From Edaphobacter aggregans (GTDB lineage Bacteria; Acidobacteriota; Terriglobia; Terriglobales; Acidobacteriaceae): DNA of 32,000 nucleotides. The notes beneath the pieces were generated by a model. It was given only the letters and a program-made list of their open reading frames with translations. It ran no database searches and was not told the origin of the DNA. Shown here piece by piece: positions 17,315-25,530 of this stretch; the first letter of the stretch is position 1, and each line of letters starts with the position of its first letter. Position numbers and translations under genes: made by a program. The DNA is taken from NCBI RefSeq assembly GCF_003945235.1, contig NZ_RSDW01000001.1, forward strand, positions 1,290,001-1,322,000. The letters run 5' to 3'.

Positions 17315-18814
17315 ATGAAGATAGCGACGATAATGCCACTGATGTTTTTGCTGCTTTCGGGCACGACGCAAACGATAGCGCAGGAGACTCCCACACAGGA
17401 CGAGGTGGCGCGCAGATTACAGGGTCGGATGGATGAGTTGAGAACCCAAATGAACGAGATTCAGGGTGAACTGGATGCCTTGCATGGGGTGAATAATCTT
17501 GCCGAGGCCGTGAAGGACCTCAAGCCTGTGCCTCAGTCTTTACAGACGGGAGCTATTGAGAGGACGATGCCGCCGTTGCCGTCTGCGGTACAGCTAACGC
17601 CGGAACAGCAGCGGATGGCCGTAGGCAAGGAGACCGCTGCTTATGAGTCGTTTGCGGAGGAGTCGGAGCCTGTACCACGGCTTTACAATGCGCCGCTGGA
17701 GGCCACAATGCCGGGGTTCTTCGTGCTGCCAGGTACGCAGACCATGATGCGGATCAATGGGCTCATCAAAACCGACGTTATGTTTGACCCGCGGCCGGCT
17801 GGATTGGCGGACTCTTTTATCCCGTCGACGATACCGATTCCGCAGACAACGAGCACTAACAATTTCAACGCGAGTATTCGGGAAAGCCGATTCTCGGCAG
17901 ACTTCCGGATTCCTGTGAGCAATATAGGAATGGCTCGGACGTTTATTCAGTTCGATTTCTTCGGTGGTAATGGAGCTACTACGCCGCGGCTGCGCCATTT
18001 CTATGCGCAACTCCACAACGTTCTGGTGGGACAGACGAATACGGTCTTTATGGATCCAGATGCGTGGCCGGACATTATCGAGTTTCAGGGACCTACATCG
18101 GGACTCCTCGCTCGCATTCCGCAGGTTCGTTATACCTTCCCGCTGGGGAAAGGATTTAGTGCTGCTGTGTCAGTGGAGCAGCCTAGTACCGATGTCAGCT
18201 TCTCGGTGAATGGCTCATCGGCGGTTCCTATTACTCCTGCTCCTGATGGGGGCTTGCGGGTTCGGTATGAAGGCGATCGCGGGCATCTCTACTTCTCTTC
18301 GATCCTTCGTGAGCTGGCAGTGCATATGCCCGTTACCGGACAGCAGCAGTCTGTTTTGGGTTGGGGTTTGAACCTATCGAGTACCTGGCGTGTGGTGGGG
18401 AGAGACACTCTCAATTATCAGGTTGCTTATGGCAATGGAATCGCAAAATATACGGGTGATGGGTTCGGCCTTGGTCTGGATGCGCAACCCAAGTCGGACG
18501 TCGACCTTACGCTAAAAGCACTGCCAACCTTCGCTCCGTGGGTCAGTTATCAGCACAACTGGACCAGATCCGTCCGGTCGAGTGCGACCTTTGGATTGTT
18601 GCAGATTCAGAATACTGCGTTCCAGCCAGGCACCACATATCATAAGAGCACCTATTCGTCAGCCAATGTCATCTGGAATGCATATGGCAGCTTGTCTTTC
18701 GGTGCGGAGTTTATGTACGGGTGGGTGGAGCAGAAGAACCAGGAGAAGGCCAATGCGCCCCGTCTTCAGTTTTCTGGGAGATATACCTTCGTGAAGTTGC
18801 ATCCGAACGAATAA
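17315..18814 (+). CDS. outer-membrane porin, DcaP-like (N-terminal coiled coil plus beta-barrel)
   Basis: AGGAGG lies 7 nt before the ATG at 17315. Sec signal MKIATIMPLMFLLLSGTTQTIA|Q, then a coiled coil (VARRLQGRMDELRTQMNEIQGELDAL). The barrel shows alternating-pattern strands (MRINGLIKTDVMFD, IRESRFSADFRIP, TFIQFDFFG) with a terminal strand LQFSGRYTF. The longer ORF from 17030 overlaps nhaC and is rejected. Confidence 0.65.
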   Translation: MKIATIMPLMFLLLSGTTQTIAQETPTQDEVARRLQGRMDELRTQMNEIQGELDALHGVNNLAEAVKDLKPVPQSLQTGAIERTMPPLPSAVQLTPEQQRMAVGKETAAYESFAEESEPVPRLYNAPLEATMPGFFVLPGTQTMMRINGLIKTDVMFDPRPAGLADSFIPSTIPIPQTTSTNNFNASIRESRFSADFRIPVSNIGMARTFIQFDFFGGNGATTPRLRHFYAQLHNVLVGQTNTVFMDPDAWPDIIEFQGPTSGLLARIPQVRYTFPLGKGFSAAVSVEQPSTDVSFSVNGSSAVPITPAPDGGLRVRYEGDRGHLYFSSILRELAVHMPVTGQQQSVLGWGLNLSSTWRVVGRDTLNYQVAYGNGIAKYTGDGFGLGLDAQPKSDVDLTLKALPTFAPWVSYQHNWTRSVRSSATFGLLQIQNTAFQPGTTYHKSTYSSANVIWNAYGSLSFGAEFMYGWVEQKNQEKANAPRLQFSGRYTFVKLHPNE

Positions 18815-18943
18815 GCGCGGCCGCGAGGCGATATATCGACAATCGACTTTTGCATTTTCCATAGGACCTATAAGCCACGACTAAACACTTCGAAGTCGGG
18901 CAAGAAAGAATTTCTCTATGAGTCGTAATCTTGGGCCTCGTTA

Positions 18944-21151
18944 CTAGAACTTACGTAAGTTTGCGCGTATAGCTTCATTCCCAGGTTCGAGTTGTAGCGC
19001 ATGTTGCAAGTCGCGCCGCGCTGCAGAAATATCTCCAGCCCGCGCCTCGATCACCCCGAGGTCATTCCAATCGCCCGCGTTTCCGGGGGAGAGGGTAACA
19101 ACTATCTTCTGTTCCCGTACTGCATCGGATTCGCGTCCCAGTTGACTGTACATCTGCGCTAGAGCCCGATGTGGGTCCGCATCGGTCGGCGATAATCGTT
19201 GCCAAGACTGAAGATGCTCCAACGCCTTCTCTGGTGTTCCAATTCTGGCATATACAAGGGCTAACAGGCGCTGAGCATCCTTATCGTTCTGCACCGCAAT
19301 CGCCCTTAAAAGGAGGGACTCCGCCAATTGTAGGTTGCCATTTTCTACCTCGATCCTCGCCGATCCATACAAGGCATCGAAATTGTCCGGCGTGGCCTCG
19401 AGTACCTGATCGAACTCTCTCTTTGCCTCACCCGGACGACCGCTCGCCAGCAGTACATTCGCCAGTCCGTTTCGTGCCGCTGCGTCCTCCGGATGGGAGA
19501 GCGTGAGAGTACGAAACAGTTGCTCTGCCTCAGGCAGCGCGTCATGCCTCAGGTCGATCGACGCCAGATCGAATAGCGCATCCAAGTAGTTCGGATCTTT
19601 CGCCGCTGCAGCACGGTACTGCGCTTGGGCTGATTTCCAGTCGCCACTCGCTTCCATTGCAGAGCCTAGAGAAGTCAGCGTACGTACGTCGTCTGGGTGT
19701 CTTTCCAACGAGCGCCGATATAGCTCCTCGGCCCGTGCTCCATTACCCTTCATCATCGCCAGCGAAGCCAGGTTATACAGCGCAATATCGTCATGTGCAT
19801 TTTTGCGGAGTCGATCTTCCATCCACACGCGCTCTAACTCCATCTGAGGATCCACACCCACAACTTGATTCTCGGGACGCGGCACTACCTGCAGCCAAAG
19901 GTGACCCATTTCATCTACAGACCGGTTCCCTGCCCTTACTCTGACAGGTGGAGAATTCGGATTCCGTACATTATTTGCCGAGTTATCGTAGGTGTAGCGC
20001 ATATGAACCACGCTTCCACGTGGCAATGAGACCGGCTTCGCAAAACGGTAGACGGATTGTCTATTGATGTCCCAGTCCTTTATTAGGATCAACCACCGGC
20101 GTTCTCCATTCGGTAAAACAGCCCAACCTTCCATTCTCTTACCGAGATAATGCGCGTGAGGATAGATCCCCAGCACGTCGACCGAGACCGGTAGCTTGAG
20201 TTCGTCTTCAATAACAAAAGCGGCGCCCGGAGGAATGTCCAGAGCCGCATCGTGCTCCAATTGCAGCAGCATAGGATGTTCTGTTGCCGGCTTGTCAGTG
20301 AAGTAAAGTCCAATCTGAGCGCGAACGTGCTCTATCTTGCCGGTTGGCTTTAAGTGCATGTTCAACACGAGATCGTTTCCTTCATCCAAGCGCCATGGCA
20401 ACCCTTCAGGCTCGATCAGCGCCGTCGAGTCTGGCTTCCAGAAGAGAAAATGGCTGTCTGGATCGAAGCTCTCGCCCGAGTCCACCAGGATATCCATTCC
20501 TGGTATGCCCTTCTGCCAATCATTGGGATGCGCCCGCCGCAAGGAAGCCGTTCGGTCCAGAATCACGTTTGCATGATGTACAACTTGAGGAGCTCCTGGC
20601 TTAATCTCCATGGCTCGCACCCATCGAGTCCCCTTCTGCGGCACCGGCAGAACGAAATTCTCGAAGAGATCCGTTCCACCCGCAGGGACTTCTATCGGCG
20701 CTGCCATCTCCAGCACAAGATCCGGACGTCCCAATACCCAATCACTTTTGTACACGGGTGGGGTGGGGGTGCTGCCGTCTCCCTCCGGCATCCCTGCTTC
20801 GACCCAGGCCTTCACCAACTCAATATCCTCATTCGTCAGGCGCCGCTCGCCTTCAAATGAACCGTATCCTGGCTCGGGCAGCCACGGAGGCATGTAGCGA
20901 CTCGCTGTTACGGTCTTTATCAAGCCACCCCAGCGTTTCGCATCCTGGTAGGTCATCAGCGCAAATGGACCGGATCCACCAACGTGGTGGCAACTCGTGC
21001 AGTTTTTGTAGACCAATGGAGCAATCTGCTGCCGCCATGTCACTGGCTCCGCGGACGCGTATACCGTCTCCCACCCTTTATGCGATGCGGCCAGCACTAT
21101 GCCTGACATTGCCACGGCTGCAGCTACATGCACCCTGACCGTCGCGTTCAT
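18944..21151 (-). CDS. exported fusion protein: cytochrome-c-type CxxCH module + PHM/DBH-like copper monooxygenase-fold region + C-terminal TPR array
   Basis: N-terminal hydrophobic signal/anchor. IAPLVYKNCTSCHHVGGSGPFALMTY...SRYMPPW carries a CxxCH at residues 51-55. Copper-site-like motifs are QVVHHANV (His192/193), LVLNMHLKP (His266), IYPHAHYLGKRMEGW (HxHxxGK, His332/334) and SVDEMGHLW (Met415). Their order and spacing resemble the PHM CuH (H,H,H) and CuM (H,H,M) ligands. Residues from about 445 onward are TPR repeats. Confidence 0.7.
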   Translation of the reverse strand: MNATVRVHVAAAVAMSGIVLAASHKGWETVYASAEPVTWRQQIAPLVYKNCTSCHHVGGSGPFALMTYQDAKRWGGLIKTVTASRYMPPWLPEPGYGSFEGERRLTNEDIELVKAWVEAGMPEGDGSTPTPPVYKSDWVLGRPDLVLEMAAPIEVPAGGTDLFENFVLPVPQKGTRWVRAMEIKPGAPQVVHHANVILDRTASLRRAHPNDWQKGIPGMDILVDSGESFDPDSHFLFWKPDSTALIEPEGLPWRLDEGNDLVLNMHLKPTGKIEHVRAQIGLYFTDKPATEHPMLLQLEHDAALDIPPGAAFVIEDELKLPVSVDVLGIYPHAHYLGKRMEGWAVLPNGERRWLILIKDWDINRQSVYRFAKPVSLPRGSVVHMRYTYDNSANNVRNPNSPPVRVRAGNRSVDEMGHLWLQVVPRPENQVVGVDPQMELERVWMEDRLRKNAHDDIALYNLASLAMMKGNGARAEELYRRSLERHPDDVRTLTSLGSAMEASGDWKSAQAQYRAAAAKDPNYLDALFDLASIDLRHDALPEAEQLFRTLTLSHPEDAAARNGLANVLLASGRPGEAKREFDQVLEATPDNFDALYGSARIEVENGNLQLAESLLLRAIAVQNDKDAQRLLALVYARIGTPEKALEHLQSWQRLSPTDADPHRALAQMYSQLGRESDAVREQKIVVTLSPGNAGDWNDLGVIEARAGDISAARRDLQHALQLEPGNEAIRANLRKF

Positions 21152-21753
21152 CGTGCCGAATCACCTTTAGCGGTTTCCTTAGAGCTAATAATCCCGCACC
21201 CCACTGGGGTCCCTGTCGCAGTCTCTACGCGCCCCCCACTTAACGCAGCGTTCAGCGCTCGATCAGCAAAGTGCTTGGTCGCATGCGAGCGTTCTTCCCC
21301 GATTCGAACGTATCGATCATCAATACGTCCGGTGTACGCCGGCCGCCATCCAGCCGTTCCGTCGGGCACCAGCACTGAGACTTCCGGAGTTACCCGCGCT
21401 CCGCTTATTTCTACAAGCTTGCCCTGCACATCGAGTACAGCCTCGCCGCCGGCATCATACGCAACCTGATGCTGCGTCACCTTCTCCGATTGTTCCCCTT
21501 TATTCGGATAGACAAACCAGAAGCGGACTCCGCGCGGGGCAAATTCCTCGCGTAACCGTTTCATCTCAGGGAAGGTACGGTTCGAGATCGGGCAATCCGT
21601 AGCCACAAAAAAAAGCACGATCGCTTTCGTACCGGGCGCAGCCAACGAACTTATCTTCCGTCCATCGGTCCCAACGCCATATGTCGGACGCTCCTGTGCC
21701 AAAAGGGGCAAGGTGGCAAACGTCAATGCGAGCGAAAGTACGCAGCGCAACAT
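21148..21753 (-). CDS. exported thioredoxin-fold (redoxin/TlpA-like) protein with monothiol CPIS motif
   Basis: Sec signal MLRCVLSLALTFATLPLLA|Q. KAIVLFFVATDCPISNRTFPEM has the layout of beta1-active site-alpha1 in the thioredoxin fold, with CxxS in place of CxxC. Its stop overlaps the downstream start (ATGA at 21148-21151). Confidence 0.6.
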   Translation of the reverse strand: MLRCVLSLALTFATLPLLAQERPTYGVGTDGRKISSLAAPGTKAIVLFFVATDCPISNRTFPEMKRLREEFAPRGVRFWFVYPNKGEQSEKVTQHQVAYDAGGEAVLDVQGKLVEISGARVTPEVSVLVPDGTAGWRPAYTGRIDDRYVRIGEERSHATKHFADRALNAALSGGRVETATGTPVGCGIISSKETAKGDSAR

Positions 21754-21820
21754 ACCTTATCCTAATCGCTTGGCCCTTACTCCGAAACCTATGGCTTGGG
21801 TCTCGTGGCGCAGAGATTTC

Positions 21821-23536
21821 CTAGTAGCGTGATGGATGGCCCTTGCCTTCGGTCAGTTCGAAAATGAGGTCGGGAGTTGAAGGCGGATCGAAGAGTTCGG
21901 TGAGGCCGTTGGGCCAGCGGACCTGAATGTCCTTGAGCTGGGTCTCGGTGCCAAGGCCAAAGTGGAGGCGGAGATCGCTCGAAGAGTTGTAGCTAGAACC
22001 GCTGCGAACCTCATCGACCCAGAGACGGGTGGCGCTATGGAGGGTGACCCTGGCTCCGATGGCATCTCGGTTGGAGGTGGTTCCGACGAGGTGCAGGCCG
22101 AGCCAGTGGTTCTGGCTCTTGGCGAGATTAATGAGAAGCGTCGGATCGTCGCTGAGATTGTTGACAACAGCTTCGATACGGCCATCGTTAAAGAGGTCGG
22201 CAATTGCCAGGCCACGGCCGGAGTGGCGTTCTGCTAAGGCGGGGCCGGAGGTTTTACTGATGTCCCTGAATTTGCCGTTGCCGAGGTTGTAGTAGAGGAA
22301 GCGGGGTTCGCGGTAGAAGGAGCCTAGCTTGGCCGAGTCAACCTCAGGGTAGACGTGACCATTGACCACGAGAAGATCGGGCCAGCCATTGTTATCGACA
22401 TCAGCGAACATAACACCCCAGCCAAGGGCGTCGGTGTTGATGCCGAGACCCGCTTGGAAGGTTGCATCGGTGAAGGTGCCGTCGCCGTTGGCATGGTAGA
22501 GGGTGGAGGTATCGTCCGAGAAGTTAGTTTTGAAGAGGTCGGGGTAGCCGTCGCCATCGTAGTCGGCGGAGGCGGAGCCCATGCCGGCCTGCTCGCGACC
22601 ATCTTCGTTGTAAGCCACGCCAGAGTCGGCGGCGACGTCAGTGAAGGTACCGTCGTGGTTGTTGCGATAGAGAATGGAGGGGGTGGAGTCGCAGGCAACG
22701 TAGATGTCGGGCCAGCCGTCGTCGTTATAGTCGATAGTGGTGACTGAGAAGCAGTAATGACCGTTGGTCCGCTCGAATCCACTGGATTTGCTGACGTCTT
22801 CAAATTTGCCATCACCGAGATTGTGATAAATCACGTTCGGCGCGCTCGGAAGGCCGCGTGGGCCACACATGACCGGGGCACCTTTCCACATACAACTGAC
22901 GCCAGCGCCCGGTTTAGGAGTTGTCGCGAGATCGAAGTGCACGTAGTTGGCGACGACGAGATCGAGTTTGCCGTCGCGGTCATAGTCGACGAAGGCGCAG
23001 CCGGTGCCCCACTCTTTGCCGGTACCGGCGACTCCTGCCTGCTCAGCTACCTCTTTGAATGTGCCGTTGCCTTGGTTGTGGAAGAGCCGATTCTTGCCAT
23101 AGCCGGTGACGTAAAGGTCGTCGAAGCCGTCGTTGTCATAATCACCGACGCAGACTCCCTGGCCCCAGCCGATCGAAGCCAAGCCTGCACGGGCAGTGAC
23201 GTCGGTGAACGTACCATCGTGGTTGTTGTGGAAGAGGTGACTGGTTGGTTTTTCTTTTGGATTGGCGGAGTCGCCGGGCAGCGTGGTCCCGTTGACGAGA
23301 AAGATGTCGGGCCAGCCGTCGCGATCGTAGTCGACGATTGCCACGCCGGAGCCTGTGGCTTCGATGATGTAACGCTTGGAATCGACACTTCCATTGACGT
23401 TGCGGACAGTGATACCCGCTTTGGAGGCTACATCGACGAACCAAGCGGGCGGTGGGTGATCAATAGTGGGTGGATAGGGTTGTTGTGCGAAGACGTGCGA
23501 TAGAAGAAGAAGCAAGAGCATCGTGAAGGCGCGCAT
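21821..23536 (-). CDS. CRTAC1-family protein (FG-GAP/VCBS beta-propeller repeats + ASPIC/UnbV C-terminal domain), Sec signal
   Basis: Signal MRAFTMLLLLLLSHVFA|Q. Repeated units D(Y/F)DxDGxxD(I/L)(F/Y)V.N and (L/F)(F/Y)xNNxDGTFTDV. The C-terminus NRDAIGARVTLHSATRLWVDEVRSGSSYNSSSDLRLHFGLG...VRWPNG is the ASPIC/UnbV signature. Confidence 0.85.
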   Translation of the reverse strand: MRAFTMLLLLLLSHVFAQQPYPPTIDHPPPAWFVDVASKAGITVRNVNGSVDSKRYIIEATGSGVAIVDYDRDGWPDIFLVNGTTLPGDSANPKEKPTSHLFHNNHDGTFTDVTARAGLASIGWGQGVCVGDYDNDGFDDLYVTGYGKNRLFHNQGNGTFKEVAEQAGVAGTGKEWGTGCAFVDYDRDGKLDLVVANYVHFDLATTPKPGAGVSCMWKGAPVMCGPRGLPSAPNVIYHNLGDGKFEDVSKSSGFERTNGHYCFSVTTIDYNDDGWPDIYVACDSTPSILYRNNHDGTFTDVAADSGVAYNEDGREQAGMGSASADYDGDGYPDLFKTNFSDDTSTLYHANGDGTFTDATFQAGLGINTDALGWGVMFADVDNNGWPDLLVVNGHVYPEVDSAKLGSFYREPRFLYYNLGNGKFRDISKTSGPALAERHSGRGLAIADLFNDGRIEAVVNNLSDDPTLLINLAKSQNHWLGLHLVGTTSNRDAIGARVTLHSATRLWVDEVRSGSSYNSSSDLRLHFGLGTETQLKDIQVRWPNGLTELFDPPSTPDLIFELTEGKGHPSRY

Positions 23537-23538
23537 GA

Positions 23539-25413
23539 CTAGCCTTTACTCGATGTTTGCTGAGGACCCATGGCTACTGTCTTAAGAATCTTGCCGCCTT
23601 CCTGAATGACGTAGAGGTGATTGGGGGCGAGTGCGGGAATCTTGTCGACGGTACCAGAGGGCCAACGAATCTCGACGTCGGCCTTAGTAGCGTGGTCGAG
23701 GCCAAAGTGGAGTCGGAGGTCGTTCTGTGAGAAGTAACTGCCGCCGCTACGAACCTCATCGATCTGGACGAAAGGTTTGGCATCGGGAGATGGTTGCGTG
23801 GTAACTGATATTCGTGAGCCGATACCGGTGCGATTGGACTTGGTTCCTATAGTGCGGATCTTGATCCAATTGCGAGCGGGGCCGGCGTCGGGAGAGGGAT
23901 CGCAGCGAAGGAGTTGGGGAAGGCTATTGATGCAGTTGACGACCACATCGAGGTCACCATCGTTGTCATAGTCTCCGAAGGCCGTACCTCGCGCGGGAGC
24001 GGGCGTGGTGATGCCGGGGCCGGCTAGTGCGGTGACCTCTTCAAACTGGCCGTTGCGGAGATTGCGGTAGAGGTACTTGTGCTGCGCGTAGGGGGCATCG
24101 ACGTTGGTGCCTTCAACCTCAGGGTAGACGTGGCCGTTGGACATGAGAATGTCGAGCCAGCCGTCGTTGTCCATGTCGAAGAAACCCACGCCCCAACCAA
24201 GGAAGCGAGTATTGACACCGAGGCCGGAGAGGTAGGTGTGATCGTCAAAGTTGCCGTTGCCAAGATTGAGATAGAGGGAGTCGGTGTCGCCGGCAAAGTT
24301 GGTCTTGACGATGTCGAGGAGGCCATCGCGGTTGAAGTCACCGATTGAGACGCCCATGCCGGCCTGGGGTTTGCCATCGGGGGAATAAGCAATGCCGGCC
24401 TCAATGGCGACATCTTTGAAGGTACCGTCCTTTTGATTTTGATAGAACGTTGCGGCGGTGGAGTCATTGGCGACGTAGATGTCGGGCCAACCGTCGTTGT
24501 CGAGATCGGCGACTGAGACAGAGAGGGCGTACGTCCCAATGGTGTCCCACATGCCGCTCTTCTGTGAAACGTCGGTGAAGGTACCGTCGCCGTTGTTGTG
24601 GTAGAGGATGTTCTTCCCACCTTGTAAACCGGGAGGACCGCAGGCTACCTGAATGCCCTTGTAAGCACAGCCTGCGGCTTCGGGAAGTGGTGCGGTCTTA
24701 ATGTCGAAGTCGATGTAGTTAGCGACGAAGAGATCGAGATTGCCGTCACGGTCGTAGTCGAGGAAGGCGCAGCCGGAGTTCCAGCGGGTTTTCGATTGGA
24801 GGAGGCCAGCTTTGGCAGTGACGTCGGTGAAGGTACCGTCGCCGTTGTTGCGGTAGAGGACGTTCTGACCGTAGTAACTGATGAAGAGATCGTTCCAACC
24901 GTCGTTGTTGTAGTCGCCGACACAGCAGCCCTGTCCCCATCCGCTGCGTGCAAGACCGGCTTTAGCAGTAACGTCGGTGAAAGTACCATCCCGATTGTTC
25001 TTGAAGAGATGCGAGACGGGTTCCTGGTCCTTGGCAAAGCCTTCGAGACGGGAACCGTTGACGAGAAAGATATCGACCCAGTCATCGTGGTCATAGTCGA
25101 AGAAAGCTACTCCGCAGCCTGTGGTTTCGAGCAGGTATCTGTTCTTGTGCTCACCCCCATAGATAGTTTTGGCATTGAGGCCGGACTGGCGGGCGACGTC
25201 GATGAAGCTGATGCCAAGAGGAGTGCCAGCGACAGGCGAGGGAGCACCTTTGGGCGCTGGCCGAGGCTTGGCGTCGTAGGTGGGGCGTGAGCCGACCTGT
25301 GGAGTTGCTTGTTGTGTACTTGCCGGAACTGCCAAGGCGAGCACGTCATCGAGCGAAAGAACGAGAGATGTGCAGGAGAGAGAGGTGAGGAATGTACGAC
25401 GAGACCAGGTCAA
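23539..25413 (-). CDS. CRTAC1-family protein (FG-GAP/VCBS repeats + ASPIC/UnbV domain) with twin-arginine (Tat) signal
   Basis: TTG start with GGGGGAG 8 nt upstream. The N-terminus MTWSRRTFLTSLSCTSLVLSL...LALA|V fits S-R-R-x-F-L. The repeat architecture matches the downstream paralogue. The C-terminus NRTGIGSRISVTT...VQIDEVRSGGSYFSQNDLRLHFGLG...IRWPSG. Only 2 nt separate its stop from the next ATG. Confidence 0.85.
   Translation of the reverse strand: MTWSRRTFLTSLSCTSLVLSLDDVLALAVPASTQQATPQVGSRPTYDAKPRPAPKGAPSPVAGTPLGISFIDVARQSGLNAKTIYGGEHKNRYLLETTGCGVAFFDYDHDDWVDIFLVNGSRLEGFAKDQEPVSHLFKNNRDGTFTDVTAKAGLARSGWGQGCCVGDYNNDGWNDLFISYYGQNVLYRNNGDGTFTDVTAKAGLLQSKTRWNSGCAFLDYDRDGNLDLFVANYIDFDIKTAPLPEAAGCAYKGIQVACGPPGLQGGKNILYHNNGDGTFTDVSQKSGMWDTIGTYALSVSVADLDNDGWPDIYVANDSTAATFYQNQKDGTFKDVAIEAGIAYSPDGKPQAGMGVSIGDFNRDGLLDIVKTNFAGDTDSLYLNLGNGNFDDHTYLSGLGVNTRFLGWGVGFFDMDNDGWLDILMSNGHVYPEVEGTNVDAPYAQHKYLYRNLRNGQFEEVTALAGPGITTPAPARGTAFGDYDNDGDLDVVVNCINSLPQLLRCDPSPDAGPARNWIKIRTIGTKSNRTGIGSRISVTTQPSPDAKPFVQIDEVRSGGSYFSQNDLRLHFGLDHATKADVEIRWPSGTVDKIPALAPNHLYVIQEGGKILKTVAMGPQQTSSKG
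24569..24860. repeat. intragenic direct repeat: two 40-bp copies (24569-24608 and 24821-24860) differing at one base
   Basis: The copies are ACGTCGGTGAAGGTACCGTCGCCGTTGTTG(T/C)GGTAGAGGA, 252 bp apart and in frame. On the coding strand they encode LY(H/R)NNGDGTFTDV of consecutive FG-GAP/VCBS units. More diverged copies lie near 24970, 23200 and 22630. Confidence 0.9.
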
Positions 25414-25530
25414 ATGGGCGCTCCCCCTCTATAGGCCGAATGCTATATCAGTCGGCTGCGACCGCCGGCCACTGGATAGCAGTGCAGTGAGTATAGAGAA
25501 GGGACCTGCAGGCAGGCAATGAGGCACTCT

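Noticed and set aside
18815-18943. Palindromes CGCGGCCGCG (about 18817-18826) and ACTTCGAAGT (about 18885-18894) lie between the convergent porin and TPR-fusion genes and were considered as terminators.
   Set aside because: Both are loop-less perfect palindromes that are too short to form stable hairpins, and neither is followed by a T-run.
885-25290. There are many long antisense or off-frame ORFs in the six-frame track, e.g. 885..1448(-), 7172..8011(-), 9172..10185(-), 20354..20860(+), 22757..23503(+), 24079..24348(+), 24796..25290(+).
   Set aside because: Each lies fully inside a strongly supported gene on the opposite strand or in another frame. Their translations are Arg/Ser/Pro/Gly-rich and low in complexity, with no recognisable motif. 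This is typical of shadow ORFs in high-GC DNA.
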